Below are positions 57,137-64,000 of a stretch of 64,000 nucleotides of DNA, piece after piece. The first letter of the stretch is position 1. The number at the start of each line of letters is the position of its first letter. The notes below the pieces were generated by a model, which was not told the origin of the DNA, did no database searches, and was given only the letters and a program-made list of their open reading frames with translations. Both the position numbers and the translations under genes were made by a program. The stretch lies in contig NIVC01003096.1 of assembly GCA_002269645.1 (NCBI GenBank), forward strand, positions 55,663-119,662, in the 5' to 3' direction. The stretch comes from Macrostomum lignano. Its lineage: Eukaryota.

Positions 57137-60100
57137 TCAGCAGTACTTGAACAGGCAGCACTCGTGCACCGGCTCCACCAGCCAGCGCTCCAGTTCCCTG
57201 TCGAACTTCATGTGGTAGCCTGTAATGCCTGCGGGGGGAGTTGTGAGCTCACTGACTCCCTGTGCACAGCTTATTGACTCACCTGTGCACAGCTCACTGA
57301 CTCACCTGTGCACAGCTCACTGACTCACCTGTGCACAGCTCACTGACTCACCTGTGCACAGCTTATTGACTCACCTGTGCACAGCTCACTGACTCACCTG
57401 TGCACAGCTCACTGACTCACCTGTGCACAGCTTATTGACTCACCTGTGCACAGCTCACTGACTCACCTGTGCACAGCTTATTGACTCACCTGTGCACAGC
57501 TCACTGACTCACCTGCGCACACCTCACTGACTCACCTGTGCACAGCTCACTGACTCCCCTGTGCACAGCTCACTGACTCACCTGTGCACAGCTCACTGAC
57601 TCACCTGTGCACAGCTTATTGACTCACCTGTGCACAGCTCACTGACTCACCTGTGCACAGCTTATTGACTCACCTGTGCACAGCTCACTGACTCACCTGT
57701 GCACAGCTCACTGACTCACCTGTGCACAGCTCACTGACTCACCTGTGCACAGCTTATTGACTCACCTGTGCACAGCTCACTGACTCACCTGTGCACAGCT
57801 CACTGACTCACCTGTGCACAGCTCACTGACTCACCTGTGCACAGCTTATTGACTCACCTGTGCACAGCTCACTGACTCACCTGTGCACACCTCACTGACT
57901 CACCTGTGCACAGCTCACTGACTCCCTGTGCACAGCTTATTGACTCACCTGTGCACAGCTCACTGACTCACCTGTGCACAGCTTATTGACTCACCTGTGC
58001 ACAGCTCACTGACTCACCTGTGCACAGCTTATTGACTCACCTGTGCACAGCTCACTGACTCACCTGTGCACAGCTTATTGACTCACCTGTGCACAGCTCA
58101 CTGACTCCCTGTGCACAGCTTATTGACTCACCTGTGCACAGCTTATTGACTCACCTGTGCACAGCTCACTGACTCACCTGCGCACACCTCACTGACTCAC
58201 CTGTGCACAGCTCACTGACTCACCTGTGCACAGCTCACTGACTCACCTGTGCACAGCTCACTGACTCACCTGTGCACAGCTCACTGACTCACCTGCGCAC
58301 ACCTCACTGACTCACCTGTGCACAGCTCACTGACTCACCTGTGCACAGCTCACTGACTCACCTGTGCACAGCTCACTGACTCACCTGTGCACAGCTCACT
58401 GACTCCCTGTGCACAGCTTATTGACTCACCTGTGCACAGCTCACTGACTCACCTGTGCACAGCTCACTGACTCACCTGTGCACAGCTCACTGACTCACCT
58501 GTGCACAGCTTATTGACTCACCTGTGCACAGCTCACTGACTCACCTGTGCACAGCTCACTGACTCACCTGTGCACAGCTCACTGACTCACCTGTGCACAG
58601 CTCATAGTCAGAGCAGCAGCCGAAGGCGTCAGCCGTGAAGGGCAGGCAGGACACCGCAAAGTCGATGGGGATGCAGCGCAGGTCCACCACCGGCTCGATG
58701 ACCTGGCAGGAGAACAGGTAGGCCAGCCAGCCGTGCAGCACGTGACCGGAGCAGCAGTTGGCGCTCTCGTCAGTCAGCATGCTCTTCCAGAAGCGCCTCA
58801 CCAGGCTGTGCCTGCCGCGGTGCTCGAATGTGCTGATCAGCATCTCCAGGATCTTCTGGACGCCTTCCATCCAGGGCGTCTCGATGCCGTAGTCCTCGGA
58901 GCTGGTCCTGAGGTAGGCGCACACTTCCTGGAAGCTCTGCAGCAGGTGCTGCCAGTCCTCCATCTTGCCCAGCATCCGCACACCGTAGATGCCGCACATG
59001 AACTCCTGCTCTCGGAATGCGGCTGACGGGGCGGGGAAGCAACGGCTTGAAAATTCGCTCTGGTGGGCCTCAGCCAGCAGTTTTAGTCCCGCCTGATAGC
59101 GCAACAGCTCACAGCTTGCACTCCACCAGAGCACTCCTGCAGCTCACACCGAGCACTCTCCCATGCCGCAGGCAGCACACACCGAGCACTCTCCCATGCC
59201 ACAGGCAGCACACACCGAGCACTCTCCAATGCCGCAGGCAGCACACACCGAGCACTCTCCCATGCCGCAGGCAGCACACGCCGAGCACTCTCCCATGCCG
59301 CAGGCAGCATACACCGAGCACTCTCCATGCCGCAGGCAGCACACACGAGCACTCTCCCATGCCACAGGCAGCACACGCCGAGCACTCTCCCATGCCGCAG
59401 GCAGCACACACCGAGCACTCTCCCATGCCGCAGGCAGCACACGCCGAGCACTCTCCCATGCCACAGGCAGCACACATTGAGCACTCTCCCATACCGCAGG
59501 CAGCACACGCCGAGCACTCTCCCATGCCGCAGGCAGCACACGCCGAGCACTCTCCCATGCCGCAGGCAGCACACGCCGAGCACTCTCCCATGCCGCAGGC
59601 AGCACACACCGAGCACTCTCCCATGCCGCAGGCAGCACACGCAGACCACTCACAGTCCGGCACGAATCGGTACTTGAAGGCGCAAACGGCCGAGTTGAGG
59701 TTGCCCAAGTCGGAGGCCTCGGTGGAGCTGGAGAAGCTCCGCTGCAGCAGCGTGGCCAGCTCAGTCTTGTGCGCGGTGCCGCGGTACACAGCCGCCTCGA
59801 TCTCCCGCAGCCAGACGCCCACGGTCGGCTTGGCCACGCAGGCGGAGATGCTCACCTGCTGCAGGCTGCTCATTACGCTGATGTCATCCCGGCGGACCCG
59901 GTGCTCCAGGTGCACCTGCTGGCTGATGCACTGGGCGATGCAGTTCCACCAGTCCTGAGGCGCCATGGACGCGATGCCGTGCAGCCGGTAGGCCATCAGC
60001 AGGCTGCCGGGGAAGCCCAGCAGGTCGATGACGTACTTCTGGCCAGAGTCTGAGTCGTTCTGCATCACCCAGTGCTCAGGCGACACCACCAGCTTCCTCT

Positions 60101-60272
60101 CCGTGCCGGCGTCAAACACAATGTCCGCGTTCGACTGGCGCAGGAAGGGCCGGAAGGCCACAAAGCCGCAGTCGGGGATGCAGCTGTCAAGAATCGGCTT
60201 CATCTTGTTAGAGGACAGCCGCTCCAGCAGCTTGTCCACAATGATAATCGAGCCCTGATTTGACTGCGCCAT
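57137..60272 (-). CDS. DUF4419-like protein, ~380 aa, 3 exons
   Basis: Exons 60272-59654, 59022-58591 and 57228-57137; both introns are phase 1 and join in frame. Motifs recalled from DUF4419: AYRLH...APQDWWNCI, SFSSST, MCGIYGVRMLGKMEDW, W...V..IL, RFWKSM, SG..LHGWL..LF, and terminal GITGY...VEP. The family is assigned from motif memory, not a search. Confidence 0.72.
57251..58603. repeat. 23-bp minisatellite, ~58 copies, consisting of the exon-2 end plus the 5' splice site of the DUF4419-like gene
   Basis: Minus-strand unit GAGCTGTGCACAG|GTGAGTCAGT, filling almost all of intron 57229-58590. Confidence 0.97.
59140..59645. repeat. 33-bp minisatellite in intron 1 of the DUF4419-like gene
   Basis: Unit ccgagcactctcccatgccgcaggcagcacaca. 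Confidence 0.95.
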
Positions 60273-60504
60273 TTGCCAGCCTGATTCAATGCTTGCCGAA
60301 GCAAAATCTGCGCTGGGGCAGCGGCGGCCGCGCCCTCCGCCGCCTGGGGACTCGCGGAATGCCCGTCTATGGCAGAAATCACAGATGGCTCAGATGAAAG
60401 AGTGGATTGCTCAACTGGGCAATGTCTATGTCAAAATCTACTCAACGGCGACCTATGGAACGCATACTTGTGTGTTCTTCAAAATAAGGACGCCGTTCAG
60501 AGGT

Positions 60505-60708
60505 GCAGCGCAGTCGGGTGCCATCTGGCACTGTGGGTGCAACAGTCGGGTGCCATCTGGCAATGCGGGTGCAACAGTCGGGTGCCATCTGGCACTGCGG
60601 GTGCAACAGTCGGGTGCCATCTGGCACTGTGGGTGCAACAGTCGGGTGCCATCTGGCAATGCGGGTGCAACAGTCGGGTGCCATCTGGCACCGAGGGTGC
60701 AACAGTCA
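60505..60708. repeat. 33-bp minisatellite, ~6 copies, intergenic
   Basis: Unit gtcgggtgccatctggcactgcgggtgcaaca(a). Confidence 0.9.
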
Positions 60709-60939
60709 GCAGCCTGCTGTTCCAATTGGAACTTGGCGGCAAAGAAAGTAAAAAGTACACAAAGTTCTCTTGGCTAACAAGTTGATTTTTAAACAGCCCA
60801 AGTGCGGCTGAAAGTGCATGTACAAGCGGCCCGCGGCTCGAGTTTATTTACGAGTACGAGCGTTAATTATTAAATGGGGAGTTTCGGGCACAGTTCGGGG
60901 AATAAACGCATCAGCTTTCCAACAGCTCCGCCAACTCCT

Positions 60940-62882
60940 TCAGTCCGAGTTGCGGCTGGCGGAAGGCGAACCCGTGACCTCCACGGGCGGGGCGTCCGCA
61001 GCGCCGCCGCCTCCGCCGCGCCGCTTCGAAGATTCGCCGCCGGCTTTCTTGGAGCTGCGCCGCGAGGCCTCAAGGCCGCGGCTCCAGTCGCCGCGCGGGG
61101 CGTCGCTGTAGGCCGAGGGGTCCATCGGGTCCACAGCCGCCCCCCGCTTGTCGCCGCCTCCTCCGTCCTCGCCGCCGCTGCCGCTGCCGCCGGAGCTGCG
61201 ACGTCGCCGCCGATGGTGCCGCCTGCGCCTGTGGTGGCGATGGTGCCGCTCGCCGCCGCTGCTGGAGCCGCCGCTGCTGCTGCGGCTGCGGCTTCGCCGG
61301 TGGCGCCTCCGCCGGCGGTGGTCGCGCCGCTGCCGCTGCCGATCGTCCTCGGCTTCGTCGTCGCCGCGGGCGGTAGCGGCGGAGGATGCGGCGGCGTCGC
61401 CGGACTCCTGCTGGGCGGCCCGGGCGGCCTCCAGCTCGGCTGCCTTGGCGGCCGCCTGGGCGGCCATGCGCTCGTCCTGGCGCTGGCGCTCCTCCAGGCG
61501 CAGCTTCTCCGCCGCCTCAGACAGGACGGCGCGCGGGTGGCCCGGAGACAGCCAAGAGACCTGGGGGCAAATCAGTCTCAGTATCAGACTCGAATAGAAT
61601 CTTTGATCCCCAGATCCATAAACTAAAAATGGTCTGTCTGTGTCTATCTATCTATGTGATCGATTAGAGAAAAAATGGCTCAACCGATTTTGTTCAAACT
61701 TCAGATCAAAATTTCAGATCTCAGATCTACTCTCGCTGTTCTCACTGAATATCATATCTACTCTCACTGAATACCATATCTACTCTCACTGAATGTCAGA
61801 TCGACTGTCTCCGAATCTCAAATTTACTCTCACAGAATCTCAGATCTAGTCTTACTGAATCTCAGATCTAGTCTCACTGAATCTCAGATCTACTCTCACT
61901 TAATCTCAGATCAACTCTCACCGGATCTCAGATCAACTCTCCAAATCTCTTCAAATCTCAGACCTACTCTCACTGAATCTACTCCGAATCTACTCTACTG
62001 AATCTGAATCTACTGAATCTACTCTCCAAACCTCAGATCTAGTCTCACTGAATCTCAGATCTACTCTCACTGAATCTCAGATCTACTCTCACTGAATCTC
62101 AGATCTACTCTCACTGAATCTCAGATTTACTCTTACTGAATCTCAGATCTATTCTCACTGAATCTCAGATCTACTCTCACTGAATCTCAGATCGCCTCTT
62201 AATTAATCTCAAAACTAGTCTGACAGAATTTCAGATCTAGTCTCACTAAATCTCAGATCCAGTCTCACAGAATCTCAGATCTAGTCTCACTGAACCTCAG
62301 ACCCAGTTGCAACAGCTCCACTGGAACTGCGCCGGCCACTCACCTGCTCGGTGGCGGCATTCCAGTAGTAGAAGCGGTTGGTGGCGGGGTCGGCCACCTC
62401 GTACCAGTCAGGCGGCAGCGGGAAGCGCCGCAGCATGTGGTCGCGCTTGGCCAGCATGCGCTTGTCGGGGCTGAACTTCAGCCGGCCCCAGCGCTTGAAG
62501 CAGAAGGCGCTGCAGTCGTGCCACAGGATGTGCCGGTTCGGGCACTTCGCCGTCCGGTGCACCGTGAGCTCGTCATCGTCCTCGTCGTCAGTGTTCTCGT
62601 CATCAGTGGCGCCCGTGGATGCCGCTTTGCTCTTTGTGGAGGCGGCCGGCTGCTTCTTGCCCCCGCTGCCGGCCGGGCCGCCTCCGGCTCCTCCTCATCA
62701 TCGCGGTGCTCAGCGAACACCTCCTCCTCCTCCTGCTGCTCCTTGCTCTCAGCTCCGTCCTCAGCTGCGGCATCGGCGGGCCGCTCCTGGCTGGTGGCAC
62801 CGCCGGCTCCTGCGCCATCGCCGCCGTCCTTGACGATGCCACGTCGCTTGAGGCGGGCAAGCAGGGCTGGCGGCAGCGGCAT
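60940..62882 (-). CDS. PQBP1: Polyglutamine-binding protein 1 (WW domain), 2 exons; apparent 1-nt frameshift near 62675 and a divergent C-terminus
   Basis: N-terminal MPLPPALLARLKRRGI and EEEVFAE, invertebrate-type CPNRHILWHDCSAFC, WW domain LPPDWYEVADPATNRFYYWNAATEQ|VSWLSPGHP, and DPMDPSAYSDAPRGDWSRGL. Exons 62882-62344 and 61560-60940. Confidence 0.9.
61720..62302. repeat. Degenerate 22-bp minisatellite in the PQBP1 intron
   Basis: Unit tctcagatctactctcactgaa. Confidence 0.9.
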
Positions 62883-62997
62883 GGTGAGATGTTCAAATGC
62901 TCGCTGCTGCTGGGATCAGCGAAGCCGATTGGCGCATGAATATGAGTACCAGTATTAAAAAGGAAATCGGAAACTGAGATTTGTAATCCTTGGTTTG

Positions 62998-63490
62998 GGA
63001 GTGGGATCAGAGAGTGGTATTAGGGTGGGATGAGAGTGGGATCAGAGAGTGGGATCAGAGAGTGGGATCAGAGTGGGATCGGAGAGTGGGATTAGAGGGT
63101 GGGATCAGAGAGTAGGATTAGAGATTGGGATCAGACTGGGATCGGAGAGTGGGATTAGAGGGTGGGATCAGAGAGTAGGATTAGAGATTGGGATCAGACT
63201 GGGATCAGAGAGTGGATTAGAGGGTGGGATCAGAGAGGGATCGGAGAGTGGGATCAGAGTGGGATTAGAGAGTGGGATCAGGGAGTGGGATCAGAGAGTG
63301 GGATTAGAGTATGGATCAGAGTGGGATCAGGGAGTGGGATCAGAGAGTGGGATCAGAGTGGGATCAGAGGGTGGGATCAGAGAGTGGGATCAGAGAGTGG
63401 GATCAGAGAGTGGGATCAGAGAGTGGGATCAGAGAGTGGGATCAGAGAGTGGGATCAGAGTGGGATCAGAGAGTGGATTAGAGGGATAGA
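62998..63490. repeat. Degenerate ~11/13-bp repeat (gagtgggatcaga)
   Basis: Direct inspection. Confidence 0.9.
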
Positions 63491-63903
63491 GAACGGGTAA
63501 AGGAGACACAAAGAGCGTCAGTGTATTGATAAATTCTGCTAAGAAAATGCAGCAGACTTGCTGGATCTGCTGAACTCCAATTTATTTTAGCAAAAGTGGA
63601 ACTGTAAATCAATTATAAAAGCGAGTAAGCACTGGGCTGCTGATGGACAGTCTCCACTACAGAGCTTGGTGTTGAGCTGGCAGACACACAGATGGCTGAA
63701 TACTTGCTGCTGAGACACTGGATGTTAATTGCCGGGAACAAATGCTTATAGGAGAGCTGGGAAACAAGAGCTGGTCTAACAGAGTCAAAAACAGGATTTT
63801 CTAAGTAAACTTAAGAAGACTGGATATCGAACTCAGGACTCAGGGACCGTGTTTCGAAGGCCAGCCAGGTAGACAGTCAGCCGGCCAATCAGAGGCCGGG
63901 CCG

Positions 63904-63999
63904 TCAGTCGATGGGCGAGCTGGTCCACTGCTTGAAGTCCAGCTCCAGGTTCCGGCAGCCGATGATCACCTTGTGCGTCTTCTGCTGCTGCCCGAGCGT
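63904..63999 (-). CDS. 3' end of an unidentified gene entering from the right edge
   Basis: Open frame TLGQQQKTHKVIIGCRNLELDFKQWTSSPID* with the GC3-rich codon usage of the other exons; too short to identify. Confidence 0.5.
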   Translation of the reverse strand, partial: TLGQQQKTHKVIIGCRNLELDFKQWTSSPID

Positions 64000-64000
64000 C

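Overview
Eukaryotic (metazoan) genomic DNA with GT-AG introns, GC-rich exons and about 24 kb (~38%, my hand tally) of tandem repeats. This style resembles the flatworm Macrostomum lignano, but the species is an inference. Hand-built gene models: AMPK alpha (+), MATH-like/BTB protein (+), an orphan His-tract protein (-), a coiled-coil protein (+), a Maf bZIP (-), CASC3/Barentsz (-), a secreted and probably GPI-anchored protein with seven Ly6/uPAR-like Cys domains (+), a DUF4419-like protein (-), PQBP1 (-) and the 3' end of an unidentified gene (-). Also present are tRNA-Ala(AGC), three TIR/TSD-bounded non-autonomous DNA elements (one nested), two fold-backs and a decayed SAP/gag-like fragment. 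Three observations stand out. (1) The seven-domain gene has a phase-0 intron in the middle of every domain, so exon skipping would make in-frame chimeric domains. (2) Several minisatellites are built from splice junctions or stop codons, including ~58 tandem CAG|GTGAGT donors in one intron. (3) A 7.8 kb satellite has a unit that reads as a 53-nt intron plus a 9-nt microexon. No prokaryotic, CRISPR or rRNA features were seen. Most ORF-track entries are repeat-derived or shadow ORFs.
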